Assembly (NCBI GenBank): GCA_965204535.1
Contig: CBDBEV010000001.1
Span: 2,336,001-2,400,000 of the forward strand
Reading direction: 5' to 3'
From: a bacterium
Lineage (GTDB): Bacteria; UBA8248
DNA length: 64,000 bases
The notes below the pieces were generated by a model, which searched no databases, had not been told where the DNA came from, and saw nothing but the letters and a program-made list of their open reading frames with translations. Positions within the stretch are counted from its first letter, which is position 1. Each line of letters opens with the position of its first letter. Shown in pieces: positions 1 through 10,796 of the stretch. Position numbers and translations under genes: made by a program.

Positions 1-597
1 TCGAACCTTGCGCTGGTTGTCAGCGCGCTCTCGGTGGGGATCGGTTTCGGACTGCAAAATGTGGTGAATAACTTTATTTCCGGTTTGATACTTTTGGTCG
101 AAAGACCCATTAAGGTTGGAGATTGGGTGCGCGTGGGCAGCGATGAGGGAATCGTGAAAAAGATACAGTTTCGCGCAACGGAGCTTGAAACTTGGCAACG
201 CGCTTCGGTCATAATTCCGAATGCTGAGATTATTTCGACATCGGTCACGAATCTAACGCATCGCGATCAATATGGCCGTGTGGAAGTCGGGGTTGGTGTG
301 GCGTATGGCTCTGATGTGGAGAAAGTTCGAGAGATTTTATTAGATGTCGCCGAGAAAAACCATCAGGTAAGTCGACAGCCCGTACCCACCGTCGTGTTTC
401 GTGATTTTGGCGCAAGCAGCTTGGATTTCGAGTTGCGGTGCTTTACTCCGAGTGTGATGAGCCGATTGGGGGTCGCGAGTGATTTAAGATTCGAGATTGA
501 ACGTCGGCTTCGAGAAGAGGGTATCGAAATACCCTTTCCGCAAAGAGTGGTTCACCTCACGAATCCGGAGGAAAATGACCCGGAAAAAGAATCGTAA
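1..597 (+). CDS. MscS-family mechanosensitive channel (5'-partial)
   Basis: GIGFGLQNVVNNFISG..ERPIKVGDW, IPNA, GVAYGSD and GIEIPFPQR motifs; frame is open from base 1. Confidence 0.92.
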   Translation, partial: SNLALVVSALSVGIGFGLQNVVNNFISGLILLVERPIKVGDWVRVGSDEGIVKKIQFRATELETWQRASVIIPNAEIISTSVTNLTHRDQYGRVEVGVGVAYGSDVEKVREILLDVAEKNHQVSRQPVPTVVFRDFGASSLDFELRCFTPSVMSRLGVASDLRFEIERRLREEGIEIPFPQRVVHLTNPEENDPEKES

Positions 598-599
598 GA

Positions 600-1616
600 T
601 TATTTGTACGTGTAGGGTTTGGGCTCCGGCTTTTGGCCGACCTTGTTTCTCATGACTCCCAGCGGCCCCATGTCAATTTCTACTGTATCCCCTGGTTGAA
701 TCCAGCGCTCCATTTCCATTCCGCATCCTCCGGGGACGGTGCCTGATCCCATCAGATCTCCCGTGACTAGGTTCTCGTCCCTGGCGGTGTAGGCGATGAT
801 TTGAGAGAAAGTCCAATACATCTCTCCGGGCGTGGTTTCCACCCACGTTTCTCCGTTGACCCTCGCGGCCATGGGAATGTTTTTCGGGTCGCCAACTTCA
901 TCGGGTGTGGCTATCCAGGGCCCAAGGCTCCAGCACCAGTCCTTGCTCTTGTATGGCCCGGTTCCCATCGCCATTTCGCCCCCCTGCGCGTCCCGGGCGC
1001 TCCAGTCGTTTAGTATTGAATAACCGAAGATGTGTTCATGCGCATCTTCTTCTGAAATATCCCGCCCCGGCACGCCGATCACACAGCAGAATTCGAGTTC
1101 GAAATCCATTTTCTCGGTAAAGCTGGGCCAGGGGACTTCCTCCTCGGGCCCGGCCATATGGGCGCAACTCGCCTTGAAAGCAAGGGGACGCTCGTACCAG
1201 ATTTTGGGAATTTCAAGGTTCATCACCTCGAATGTTTTTTTGAGATGGCGTTCGAAACCGGCAAAGCCGCGAATCAGCGGGGGTTGTTTGATGGGAGCGA
1301 GCAGCCGGGCTTCGCTCGGCGCATAGATGATTTGCTCCCCGCGAGGGCCGGTAGCGTCTTCATGCTCGAGTGCATATTCGAGCGCTTCTTCAGCGGCTTC
1401 GATGCCGCCTTTGCCCGATGCCGCGATGGCCAGCATGTCGGAAGGAATGAGGGCGTCCGCCATGGCTTGGGGTCGTGAGGAGCCACGCTGTTTGAACTTG
1501 GCCGCCGCTGCGAAATTGAGGTCGACGTATCGGAGGTTATCGCCTTCGGATACAACGGCGCCCAGACGATCGAATGGGCCTACAGGTGTTTGCACTTCAA
1601 AGGTGCAGAATTTCAT
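600..1616 (-). CDS. Fumarylacetoacetate hydrolase family protein
   Basis: DFELE, GYSILNDWSARD.Q, KSKD and GD..GSGT motifs. Confidence 0.9.
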   Translation of the reverse strand: MKFCTFEVQTPVGPFDRLGAVVSEGDNLRYVDLNFAAAAKFKQRGSSRPQAMADALIPSDMLAIAASGKGGIEAAEEALEYALEHEDATGPRGEQIIYAPSEARLLAPIKQPPLIRGFAGFERHLKKTFEVMNLEIPKIWYERPLAFKASCAHMAGPEEEVPWPSFTEKMDFELEFCCVIGVPGRDISEEDAHEHIFGYSILNDWSARDAQGGEMAMGTGPYKSKDWCWSLGPWIATPDEVGDPKNIPMAARVNGETWVETTPGEMYWTFSQIIAYTARDENLVTGDLMGSGTVPGGCGMEMERWIQPGDTVEIDMGPLGVMRNKVGQKPEPKPYTYK

Positions 1617-1662
1617 GGCTTCTCTCCGGGTTGATTTAGTAAATGGTGTCCATTTCTACTTA

Positions 1663-2184
1663 TTACAAATCGACTTTGTCCCGCTCATCTGTTTCCGGGA
1701 AAGGGCCTTCCTTTATTTCGATGACCTTTGAATCATCTTCCAAGAATTCAACTTCATGACCCTCGTACATCAGTATGAGGTCGTCACGGTGTAGAATAGC
1801 ATCGCCTAGATTTTCCCCTTCTTTGGTAAATACGCCGACTCGAACCTTCCCGCGTTGACACAAAAGAATTTGGTGTCGTGTGGTATTCGCGGTCCTGTCT
1901 TCCACCACGTGATAATGCGCTTTGGTTATCGCGCCTTTGGGTCTGTTCAAGACGATGATTTGCAGGGGCACGTCATCATCTGTCATATGAGCTTTGGTGT
2001 TGCGTTCCACTTCGATGTCCTGACCAGCGTATGCAGTTCGGATGTGTTCTTTCGCTTCCTCAGTGTCCAGATAGGGAGGAAACTTGGCGTAATCGTTGAA
2101 ATCTCCTTTGATGTGGATGGCAATGATGCGTCCATCTGAGGCCTTGTAATAATTCACGCTTTTAGAATCAACTTCTAAAGACAT
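1663..2184 (-). CDS. Cupin-fold hypothetical protein
   Basis: AHYH...Q...G motif and GH.VEFLED..VIEIKEGP; upstream GAGG. Confidence 0.6.
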   Translation of the reverse strand: MSLEVDSKSVNYYKASDGRIIAIHIKGDFNDYAKFPPYLDTEEAKEHIRTAYAGQDIEVERNTKAHMTDDDVPLQIIVLNRPKGAITKAHYHVVEDRTANTTRHQILLCQRGKVRVGVFTKEGENLGDAILHRDDLILMYEGHEVEFLEDDSKVIEIKEGPFPETDERDKVDL

Positions 2185-2257
2185 AATTTTCCTCGGAAGT
2201 GAGTAGAATCAAAGAAACGCCAACTGAGCATGAATAAAAAATAGTCGCTCAAGGGTA

Positions 2258-3142
2258 TCACAAATTCAATTTTGTGATCTTCATATGAAAATCAAGCGGA
2301 GGGGCGGAGCGGACAAGCGAACTGGTGGAGATGTAGTCCACCCCCGTCTCCGCAATGCTACGAATGTCGGTGTCGCCGATTCCGGAGGCCTCAAGCTCAT
2401 AGGGTTTTAGAGTTTTTGAGGCGATGCCAACCTCCCGGATTCGGGAAACGGCATTTTGGAGGCTTTCGATATCCATGTTATCGAGCAGAATCATGTGCAC
2501 TCGTCCGTCTTCGATGACTTCTTCCAGTTGGGCCAGATTTTGCACTTCGATTTGAGTTTCCGTCATGTAGCGGTTACCGAATTGTCTGTCGATGGCGGCG
2601 GGGATGGAACCAGCGGCAACGATGTCGTTGTCCTTTATCATTTCCCCGTCAAAAACCCCCAAGCGGTGATTCCGCCCGCCGCCTGCCCGGACCGCGTATT
2701 TTTCAAAAAAACGCAAGCCTGGACGATTTTTCCTGGTATCGATGATGCCCTTGAGAGTTTCGGGGAAGCCCCCGAAGCGGGCCAATGTATTTGCTGTGTG
2801 CGTGGCGATTTCAGAGATATGCGAAAGGAGATTTAGTGCGGTGCGCTCCGCCTTCAAGATGGTCTGGGTATGGCCGGAAATGTGCGCCAGAAGTTCGCCT
2901 TTGGAAATTCTGGCTCCTTCATCTTTCAACCAGTTGACCCCGGGCAATTGACTTTTCCCAAGAGCCAAAAGGTTTTGGGTTTCCTCCAGTATGAGAAGGA
3001 AAAACGGAGAACCTGCGAGAATGGCATCGCTTTTCGAGCGCAACTCGGCCATACACAAGGGATCTTCTTCAGGGTCGTACTGGAGGGGAGCGCTCCCAAA
3101 ATCCTCCAGGAGCCATTCGCGGACTTTAGAGCGGATATCCAT
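2258..3142 (-). CDS. nadC: Nicotinate-nucleotide diphosphorylase (quinolinate phosphoribosyltransferase)
   Basis: AERTALN, DTRK..PGLR..EKYAV..GGG.NHR.G, IKDN and LLDNM; downstream of nadA; start at MDIRS is inferred. Confidence 0.9.
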   Translation of the reverse strand: MDIRSKVREWLLEDFGSAPLQYDPEEDPLCMAELRSKSDAILAGSPFFLLILEETQNLLALGKSQLPGVNWLKDEGARISKGELLAHISGHTQTILKAERTALNLLSHISEIATHTANTLARFGGFPETLKGIIDTRKNRPGLRFFEKYAVRAGGGRNHRLGVFDGEMIKDNDIVAAGSIPAAIDRQFGNRYMTETQIEVQNLAQLEEVIEDGRVHMILLDNMDIESLQNAVSRIREVGIASKTLKPYELEASGIGDTDIRSIAETGVDYISTSSLVRSAPPLDFHMKITKLNL

Positions 3143-3159
3143 ATCTAGAGGTGTTTGGT

Positions 3160-4272
3160 TTATACGATTTCGAGCATACGCTCGATGGGTATTCGCGCGC
3201 GCCGAGCCAGTTCCGAGTCCACGGTAATTTCGTGTTTTAGATCCCGCAGGCATTCATACAGGTTTTGTAATGTGTTTTGTTTCATGTAGGCGCAAAGAGC
3301 TTCACGGCTCGCAGGAATCAGGGTTTTGCCCGGAACCGCCTTGGACATGGGATGGAGGTTCCCGACCTCGGTAGCCACAATGACTTCCGAATGAGGCACT
3401 TCCTCTACCAACTTAATCATGCCCTGAGTCGAACGGAACTGGAGCATATCTTCGGGCACGATGCCATCGTTTACTTGCCGCATGCAGGCGCTTGTGCATC
3501 CGCACTCAGGGTGAACCACCGTGATAGCTTCAGGATGTAGTTGTTGCTGCTCCAGAACATGGTGCGGGCGAATCCTCTCATGTACATGGCACGCACCCAT
3601 CATGAGATGGAGTCGCTCCAGAGAATGGCCTTTACTCTCCAGTAGCTTGGCTGCGTAGAAACCCAAGAAGACGTCGGGTAAAAACAGAATGGGTTGTTCG
3701 GGCCTTGAGTTTTCAAGAATGTGGAGGGTGACTTTGCCTGCATTGGCGGACGCACAACAGTAATCGCTCTCGGCTTTTACCTCGAGATACGTGTTTACAT
3801 AACTGATGACGATTCCGGCTGGATGCGCTTTTTTCCAGTCTCGAATTTTATTAACGTCAGCATGAGCGGCCAAAGAGCAGAGTGCATCGAGGCTGGGGGC
3901 CAAAACGGTTTGATGGGGTTTCTTGAGCGCGGCTAAAATCTGATTCATGAATAACACGGAAGGTTCGACGAGATAGTCTGCGTCCGAGGTGGCACCTTGT
4001 TGGGCCAGGAACAAAGAATCACCGATGACATCGGATACGTCCTGAATATCTCTTGGCACGTAATTGTGTGTCAGGATGAGAGCGTTTCTCTCTTTCTTGA
4101 GGCGCCTGACCTCACCTTGCAGAAATTTTCTTTTCTCTTCCGTGATGTTCTCAGGATGAGCGTTTGCGGGGATTTCAGGAACATCAATGGAAGGTCCGAG
4201 GTCAGCTTGGTCCATCAAAGCGATGGCATCTTTTGCAGGAAGGATGTCACCAGCTTCAATATCTAAAATCAT
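3160..4272 (-). CDS. nadA: Quinolinate synthase
   Basis: HNY, GDS..LA, CSLA, YVNT, C.VH, HPEC and C.YMK motifs; start at MILDIE is inferred. Confidence 0.93.
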   Translation of the reverse strand: MILDIEAGDILPAKDAIALMDQADLGPSIDVPEIPANAHPENITEEKRKFLQGEVRRLKKERNALILTHNYVPRDIQDVSDVIGDSLFLAQQGATSDADYLVEPSVLFMNQILAALKKPHQTVLAPSLDALCSLAAHADVNKIRDWKKAHPAGIVISYVNTYLEVKAESDYCCASANAGKVTLHILENSRPEQPILFLPDVFLGFYAAKLLESKGHSLERLHLMMGACHVHERIRPHHVLEQQQLHPEAITVVHPECGCTSACMRQVNDGIVPEDMLQFRSTQGMIKLVEEVPHSEVIVATEVGNLHPMSKAVPGKTLIPASREALCAYMKQNTLQNLYECLRDLKHEITVDSELARRARIPIERMLEIV

Positions 4273-4736
4273 TTGAAACTCCACTAATTTGGATGTCGTA
4301 AAGATACGTTTATTGCTACTAGGTAAGCTGCTTGCTCGCTTGCGCAAAAAATCACAAGCTGAAGCAAAAAATCATAAACCTCATTAAATTAACAGTTCGA
4401 CTCCTGATGAATAATACATGATACGGGACATGGAATCTCCTACCCCTTCCTCCTCTTATTATTCCAGTCTTGAGGAAATAAGTAAAATGGAAATATGGAA
4501 AAAGACGATTATTCCTTGCCGGGGAGTATAGTTTTTGTTAGGTTTCGTATCTGTAATTTCTGTTTTGGGTCATTGAAGAGACAGGGCGTCGGAATCGTCT
4601 CCCTGTATAGTAGTTCGAATCGCGGGTCGCCGAGCGAGACGACTCGTTTTTTTATTTGTATGAGCCAAAATTCAACGCGCCTCCTTCACCTGTAGTCATT
4701 TTGCTTGAGAAGCCGGGGTGATTTGAGGAATCCATC

Positions 4737-4931
4737 ATGAGCCGTGGTGTGATTTGGCTGTTGGGCACATTGCTTTTGTCTGGGCTTTTCATTTTTGCAC
4801 TAAGTGGGATCTGCTCGAATGCGTCGATTTTTCCATCACTAACTGGATATTTTTGTCCGAAACCCCGGATGAAATTGATAACTGTTCCGCAGAATCCTGC
4901 GTCCAAAGGGGTGGAACAGAAAAACAACTGA
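4737..4931 (+). CDS. Possible small membrane protein
   Basis: GAGG RBS and hydrophobic N-terminus; no recognised family. Confidence 0.3.
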   Translation: MSRGVIWLLGTLLLSGLFIFALSGICSNASIFPSLTGYFCPKPRMKLITVPQNPASKGVEQKNN

Positions 4932-4965
4932 TCGATTGTGAAAGATTTTACAGAAAGGTGAGGTT

Positions 4966-6372
4966 ATGAACGATTCAGATTCTCTCATCACAGATGCCAT
5001 CGTCGAATTTGTCTTGAATACGGAGTACGAAGACATTCCTGAAGACGTGAGAGTAATCATGCGCCGATGTTTCGTGGATGGAGTCGGTCTGATGGTGGCT
5101 GGTTCCACGGAAGAAAGCGGCCATATCATCCAAAACTACCTCAAGGAAATCGGAGGAGAACCCGAGGCGCGCGTTATCGGAACTGAAATGACAGTGCCCG
5201 CGCATCTCGCTGCTTTGGCCAATGGCATCGCCGGCCACGCAATGGATTATGACGATACGCAGTTGAGCAGCTATCCGGATCGTGTGTATGGCCTGTTGAC
5301 TCACCCCACATGTCCAGTGATGCCTGCAGCTCTGGCCCTTGCCGAGGCGCTGGGCGCAACAGGACAGGAGCTGCTCACTGCATTTGCGCTGGGTTTTGAA
5401 GTGGAATGCAAGGTGGCGGAAGCGATTCGGCCGGATCATTACATCAAAGGATTTCATTCAACGGGAACTATCGGCGCCATCGGGGCGGCGACTGCTGCAG
5501 CGAAATTGATGGGATTGAATGAACACCAGTTGCGCATGTGTTACGGCATCGTTTGTTCGGAAAGCGCCGGTCTGCGTGCGAATTTTGGAACGATGACGAA
5601 GCCATACCACTGCGGCCGAGCGGCGGAGAATGGCGTCGTGGCGGCGAGGCTGGCATCGGGTGGCTACACTTCGGACCCCACGGTATTTGATGGGCAGTGG
5701 GGATTTTTCCAGATTATGGGTGGCGGCTGCGATAAAGATTATATCGTCGGTAAACTCGGAAACGCATGGTCAGCTGTGGATCCGGGCGTGTCGATTAAAC
5801 CCTACCCTTGCGGTTCCCTTGCGCACCCCGCTATGGATGCCGCCAGGGACCTGATTTTGGAAAACGACATCAAACCCGGCCAGGTGAAAGAGTTGCGTTT
5901 TGGCACCACCTCGCGCGTACTGGAGCCACTGCGCTACAAGGAACCACAAAACGAACTGGAGGCGAAATTCTCTCTGCAGTTCGGTTTCGGCATCTTGCTG
6001 CTGGAGCGCGCGGCCGGCATCGCTCAATATAAAGACGAAGTCGTAAAACGCCCCGATGTCGTAGAAATGATGAAAAAGGTGAATCCCTTCATGGACGATG
6101 AAATCGAAGCCCAGGGTTACGCGCTCATTCGCGGCAAGGTGGCGATAGAGCTTGAAGACGGGACGGTGTATGAAAAAATGTCTGAAATCTCACGTGGCAC
6201 TCCTCAGCGCCCCATGGACCGCGAGGAGCTTTATGAGAAATTCACGGAATGCACCGGCTTAGTGTACGAGGGCGATCAGATCGCCTTGATTGAGGCGATG
6301 CTCTACAAAATCGATACGCTCGAAAATATCCATGGTCTTATCGATCTCTTGGGCGAAAAAGTGGAAGCCTAA
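4966..6372 (+). CDS. MmgE/PrpD family protein
   Basis: NG.AGHAMDYDD, HP, GFHSTG, GTMTKP.H.G, KPYPC...HP and AKFS motifs. Confidence 0.92.
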   Translation: MNDSDSLITDAIVEFVLNTEYEDIPEDVRVIMRRCFVDGVGLMVAGSTEESGHIIQNYLKEIGGEPEARVIGTEMTVPAHLAALANGIAGHAMDYDDTQLSSYPDRVYGLLTHPTCPVMPAALALAEALGATGQELLTAFALGFEVECKVAEAIRPDHYIKGFHSTGTIGAIGAATAAAKLMGLNEHQLRMCYGIVCSESAGLRANFGTMTKPYHCGRAAENGVVAARLASGGYTSDPTVFDGQWGFFQIMGGGCDKDYIVGKLGNAWSAVDPGVSIKPYPCGSLAHPAMDAARDLILENDIKPGQVKELRFGTTSRVLEPLRYKEPQNELEAKFSLQFGFGILLLERAAGIAQYKDEVVKRPDVVEMMKKVNPFMDDEIEAQGYALIRGKVAIELEDGTVYEKMSEISRGTPQRPMDREELYEKFTECTGLVYEGDQIALIEAMLYKIDTLENIHGLIDLLGEKVEA

Positions 6373-6434
6373 CGATTTATCCCTCAAAGTTGTTCATCTA
6401 TTGTTCGTGGGACTGACAGGCAAGGGGAAAGAAT

Positions 6435-6830
6435 TTGGGTTTTCATCGCTGGGAAGATATTCCGCAAACTCAAAACCTTCGCAAGGGGACCATGCGCCGT
6501 GCAGCCGCGTTGGATGGATTGACAATGCAGCACGGCGAAATAGCTCCCGATACGCTGTTCGATGAGAGCACGATTCATCGCCACTCAGAAGAGCAGTTTA
6601 TCGTCGTGCTTGAGGGTAAACTGAAAATCCACATCGATGGGGTCGAGGAGTGGATCGAGCCCGGTGGTTTCGCCTCTATTCCGGGCGGTGTGTTCCACAG
6701 CGCAACGGGCGTGGGATCAGAAGGCGCGAAGTACATTGAAATATTGTCTTCGGGACGCATCGACTACTTGCCCGGCTATCTGGGTGAGCCCAAAAACGAA
6801 TTTTTGCATGAGAAGAAAAGCGATTCATGA
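6435..6830 (+). CDS. Cupin domain protein
   Basis: HRHSEEQ..VVLEG and IPGGVFH motifs. Confidence 0.8.
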   Translation: MGFHRWEDIPQTQNLRKGTMRRAAALDGLTMQHGEIAPDTLFDESTIHRHSEEQFIVVLEGKLKIHIDGVEEWIEPGGFASIPGGVFHSATGVGSEGAKYIEILSSGRIDYLPGYLGEPKNEFLHEKKSDS

Positions 6831-7231
6831 TGGCAGAAGAGGCCAAAAGGGTTTTTGTTGTTTGCTCTGATTTGATGTTCTCCGCGGGCATTCGGGAAGC
6901 AGGGATATCCCGAGGCGTCAGATTGGAGTTCATCGATTCAGAGGAGAAATTTGACGAAGCTCTCGAAAAATATCGCGCCACATTATTCATGTCCGATTTG
7001 CATCACCACAAGCTAGGTGGTGAAAGAGCGGGCAAGCTCGTAAAAAAGCTAAAAGCCAGCCCCCAAAACCAAGACGCGTACACTATCGCTTGGGGCAAGC
7101 ATACCGAGCCGGAATTGCTCAAATCAGCGATGCAAGAGGGTTTTGACAAGGTGGTGCCCCGATCTTTGTTTGTGAAAGAAATGCCAGAGTACATTCGGCA
7201 AGCAGCGAGTCGAATTCAAGTGAGTGAATGA
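6827..7231 (+). CDS. Receiver-like (CheY-fold) hypothetical protein
   Basis: DLMF.., ..DL, AWGKH...L..A...GFD.V.PRS.F pattern; overlaps neighbours in an operon. Confidence 0.55.
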   Translation: MMAEEAKRVFVVCSDLMFSAGIREAGISRGVRLEFIDSEEKFDEALEKYRATLFMSDLHHHKLGGERAGKLVKKLKASPQNQDAYTIAWGKHTEPELLKSAMQEGFDKVVPRSLFVKEMPEYIRQAASRIQVSE

Positions 7232-7551
7232 CCTTCCATAGCGAAGAAAAAAGACTCAACCCGGAAATATTTGATGGTTCCCTCATCTGGTGGTTGCATG
7301 TGCCAACATCTCGGCAAAATTACCTGCAAGCGGTATTGGAAGGTTATGACGATTTAGGGTACTACCAAACTTTTCATGCTTGCGCCGAGAAAAACGAACA
7401 CGGCGAACCCATGTCTCTGGCACGGCTGACCTCAACCGTTGACGATGAAGTCGAGACAAAGACGCTTCTTAAGGCACTCTCTCGTGAAATCAATCTTAAA
7501 ATCCTGGATTGTGCGCCTCCAATCAAACCCTCAGAACAACCAAGAGTATAA
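7228..7551 (+). CDS. Hypothetical protein (DUF4911-like)
   Basis: YL..VLEGYD.LG pattern; ATGA overlap with upstream gene. Confidence 0.5.
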   Translation: MTFHSEEKRLNPEIFDGSLIWWLHVPTSRQNYLQAVLEGYDDLGYYQTFHACAEKNEHGEPMSLARLTSTVDDEVETKTLLKALSREINLKILDCAPPIKPSEQPRV

Positions 7552-7561
7552 AGGCATCTCG

Positions 7562-8389
7562 GTGACGCGTTGTTTTCTTACGCGGTTATTTTTGGCTCTT
7601 TTATTGGTTTTAGGATTTTGGACTTACTCTTCTGCGCTTGATCGCCTGAAACTCGCTACTACGACGAGTACGGAGAATTCCGGTTTGCTCAAGCAATTAC
7701 ATCCGGTATTCGAGAAAAGATATGGCGTTTCCGTGCACACCATATCTGTAGGTACGGGCAAGGCATTGCGCTTGGGGCAAAATGGCGATGTGGACGTTGT
7801 ACTCGTCCATGCGAAGAAAGCGGAAGATTTGTTCATGGCCAAGGGATACGGTGCTCACAGAAGAGGCGTCATGTATAACGATTTCGTGATTGTGGGCCCG
7901 GCATGGGACCCTGCCGGGGTTTTCAAGACATTCGATGTGTCCACAGCATTGCTTCAAATTAAAAATTCGAGAAGCCTTTGGTTCAGCAGGGGTGATGATT
8001 CCGGAACACACAAAAAAGAGTTGGAACTTTGGAGAGGCACCGGCGTTGGCGTGTTTGGTTCCTGGTATCGCGCTTTGGGTCAAGGAATGGGCAGGACGCT
8101 GATGGCGGCGGATGAGAAAAGCGGATACACGCTTACAGACAGGGGCACGTATATCGCTCTCGTTGCGAACAATAAGATTTCTCTCAAGATTCAAGGCCCG
8201 AGAGGAGAGCGTTTGCACAATCCCTATAGCGTAATTGCCGTGAACCCAAAGCGCCATCCGCATGTAAAATTTGATTTGGCGTTGAAATATATCGGTTTTC
8301 TTACATCCGGAGAAGGTCAAGGCATCATTCGTGATTTTCGGCTCTTGGGAAAGCAGCTATTTTATCCAAACGCGAAAAACCCCCGTTGA
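7562..8389 (+). CDS. tupA: Tungstate ABC transporter substrate-binding protein
   Basis: ATTTSTENSGLL, GTGKAL, SRGDDSGTH and GMG motifs; signal peptide after GTG start. Confidence 0.93.
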   Translation: MTRCFLTRLFLALLLVLGFWTYSSALDRLKLATTTSTENSGLLKQLHPVFEKRYGVSVHTISVGTGKALRLGQNGDVDVVLVHAKKAEDLFMAKGYGAHRRGVMYNDFVIVGPAWDPAGVFKTFDVSTALLQIKNSRSLWFSRGDDSGTHKKELELWRGTGVGVFGSWYRALGQGMGRTLMAADEKSGYTLTDRGTYIALVANNKISLKIQGPRGERLHNPYSVIAVNPKRHPHVKFDLALKYIGFLTSGEGQGIIRDFRLLGKQLFYPNAKNPR

Positions 8390-8410
8390 TAGGATTGGAG
8401 GAGGAGCGTT

Positions 8411-9097
8411 TTGGAATACTTGCTTGATGGATTTGCCGATGGATTGATGCGCGTACTTCGGGCGGATCCTCAAGTCATGCTCGCCGCCTGGGTGACCATC
8501 AAGGTGGGTTGCTGGGCTACGATTCTGGCGTCTCTCATCGGTTTGCCTGTTGGGTTTTTGCTGGCGGTGGGCCGTTTCAAAGGGCGCGGGTTCGCTATCA
8601 CACTGCTTCAGACTTCTTTGGGCTTGCCTACTGTCGTTATCGGTTTGCTCGCATACGGTTTTCTCTCCAGGCGAGGCCCTTTGGGATTCGCTGACTTGTT
8701 GTTTACGCCCTCGGCCATTGTTGTTGGATTGGTAGTTCTAGCGGTTCCACTCGTAGCGGTATTCTCCATGACGTCTGTGGCATCCGTTGATGAAAGGGTA
8801 CGGGAAACTGCTCTTACATTGGGTGCGCCGAACAGGCTTGTGGCATGGACGGTGCTTCGCGAAGCCCGCTTTGGAATGATGGCCGCAGTGTTGGCGGCGT
8901 TTGGCCGTGTATCCTCGGAAGTGGGAATCGCCATGATGCTCGGAGGGAATATAGAAGGATATACACGGACCCTGACCACAGCCATTGCGCTTGAAAGCAT
9001 GAAAGGTGAATTCGGTTTCGGAATCGCGTTGGGCGTTGTGCTTTTGGGAATTATTTTCGTGACGAATTTGCTTTCTCGCTACATTCAAAGGTCATGA
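8411..9097 (+). CDS. tupB: Tungstate ABC transporter permease
   Basis: LP.VV.GL, GPLG..LLFT and FGR..SEVG..MMLGGNI.GYTRTLTTAI. Confidence 0.92.
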   Translation: MEYLLDGFADGLMRVLRADPQVMLAAWVTIKVGCWATILASLIGLPVGFLLAVGRFKGRGFAITLLQTSLGLPTVVIGLLAYGFLSRRGPLGFADLLFTPSAIVVGLVVLAVPLVAVFSMTSVASVDERVRETALTLGAPNRLVAWTVLREARFGMMAAVLAAFGRVSSEVGIAMMLGGNIEGYTRTLTTAIALESMKGEFGFGIALGVVLLGIIFVTNLLSRYIQRS

Positions 9098-9098
9098 G

Positions 9099-9743
9099 AT
9101 GGAAGTGTTCTTTCTGGAAAACGTAAAATTTCGTTTTGAGACCGATTTGGTCCTGGACATCGAGAGGGTGACGGTCTCGTCCGGCGAGGTGGTGCTGCTC
9201 ACTGGCGCGAATGGTTCCGGGAAAACAACACTTTTGCGCGTGATGGCGGGTTTGCTTACGCCTGAAGATGGTGTGATCCAATATAAGAGTGAACCCGTCA
9301 TTTTCGGCAAAGCAGGACTTGAACACAGGAGAAGGGTCACACTCCTTGCCCAGGAGCCATATCTTTTTCGGGGAAACGTGTTGCTGAATGTTTCTTATGG
9401 GCCCCGTGCACGCGGGATGAGCAATTCGCAAGCGAATAAAATAGCTCAAGACGCCATTCTCAAAACGAGATGCGAAGGTTTGATTCACCGGGACGCTGCC
9501 AAACTCTCCGGGGGGGAGAAAAAGCGCGTAGCCCTCGCCAGGGCGTTGGCGGCGGGAGCGGAAACCCTTCTCCTGGATGAGCCCATCTCTCATCTGGATG
9601 AGGAAAACAGCAAACTGATTGCCCAAATAATCAAAGAGTTGGCCGCCTCTGGAATCACTCTGGTCGTGAGTACTCACATACCGGAATGGGCAAGTGCTCT
9701 CTCGGTGAAGGATGTGCGGCTTGCTTATGGCAGGATAGTCTAA
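9099..9743 (+). CDS. tupC: Tungstate ABC transporter ATPase
   Basis: GANGSGKT, LSGGEKKR and LLLDEP; follows tupAB. Confidence 0.88.
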   Translation: MEVFFLENVKFRFETDLVLDIERVTVSSGEVVLLTGANGSGKTTLLRVMAGLLTPEDGVIQYKSEPVIFGKAGLEHRRRVTLLAQEPYLFRGNVLLNVSYGPRARGMSNSQANKIAQDAILKTRCEGLIHRDAAKLSGGEKKRVALARALAAGAETLLLDEPISHLDEENSKLIAQIIKELAASGITLVVSTHIPEWASALSVKDVRLAYGRIV

Positions 9744-9744
9744 C

Positions 9745-10497
9745 TCAGGGCAATCCAGTTTCATCGGCATGGTGCGAATCCCCGAACAGATCGGCCTCGA
9801 GCGAACCTCCGCGCCAAACGGGGTGTTGCCTGACATAATAATCCACCAATCCCGCCTCAAACACTTTTGGTTGCGTGTAATCGGTAGCTTGTCTTTGGGA
9901 GCGGTGGCATGCGTGCGCTTTTCGTCTCGCGTGCGGATAGTTTCTCCCATCAATAATGGTCGTGTAGTCATCCCGATAAACGAGGTCGGAGCGATTATAT
10001 ATTTCGCGCCTTTTCGCTGGCGATATTCGGTGGTACAGGCGTTTGGGAGCATCTCCCGGATTTTTCCTCACAAGCCGATGGAAAGCTTTTGTGGTCCAGC
10101 CGCCGACGGTGATGTGGTCTGGGTGTCCCGTAACACCGTCTTCCCCGTATGTTACGACCACGTCGGGAGAAAAGTTTCGGATAAATTCTTCGAGCCGAGG
10201 AAGAATTTCCGAATCTTCAATTGATTTCAATCCTCCATCCGGGTAGTTCCAGAGCGTCATATCTTTCACGCCCAGCACACGGCAGGCGTCTTTGAGTTCC
10301 GCATGCCGAACATCACCCAACTCATCCGGTCTGCATACACCGTTCGTGAGGCCTGCTTCTCCTCGGGTCAGGGTAAGGAGGCCCATTCGCACGCCTTGGT
10401 TTGCGTAGAGTGTGAACGTGGCCGGGTTTCCGAAGGATTCATCATCCGGATGTGCGTAAACGTGGAGAATGGAACGCTGAGAGGTAGATTTATTCAT
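9745..10497 (-). CDS. PIG-L/LmbE family deacetylase
   Basis: AHPDDE, T.GEAG, GHPDH and H.SQ motifs. Confidence 0.9.
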   Translation of the reverse strand: MNKSTSQRSILHVYAHPDDESFGNPATFTLYANQGVRMGLLTLTRGEAGLTNGVCRPDELGDVRHAELKDACRVLGVKDMTLWNYPDGGLKSIEDSEILPRLEEFIRNFSPDVVVTYGEDGVTGHPDHITVGGWTTKAFHRLVRKNPGDAPKRLYHRISPAKRREIYNRSDLVYRDDYTTIIDGRNYPHARRKAHACHRSQRQATDYTQPKVFEAGLVDYYVRQHPVWRGGSLEADLFGDSHHADETGLP

Positions 10498-10796
10498 AAC
10501 GAAGAAATGAGTTAGAAAGCCTCCAAAAACAAGACCTGCATATTATCATTTCAAATCCATGGTTCAAGAATTACGCCCTCCGTTTTTCTTTTTGTGATGC
10601 AACTCATGGAATCAAATTTGATCGATCGACAAAAAGGTTTTTTCAAGAAATCCGTCCTCTTGCCCTGTATCCATCTTTGGTTTATATGAAACCTATGCCC
10701 AAGAGACCCTAAAATTTGTTATTATCAAGCCAATAACCAAGTTCGATGCCGCTCAATGATTCGGAAAGCCCTGTTCCATTACAAGGAGTCGGTACT

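Noticed and set aside
10500-10790. oriC upstream of dnaN
   Set aside because: No TTATCCACA DnaA boxes seen and no dnaA gene
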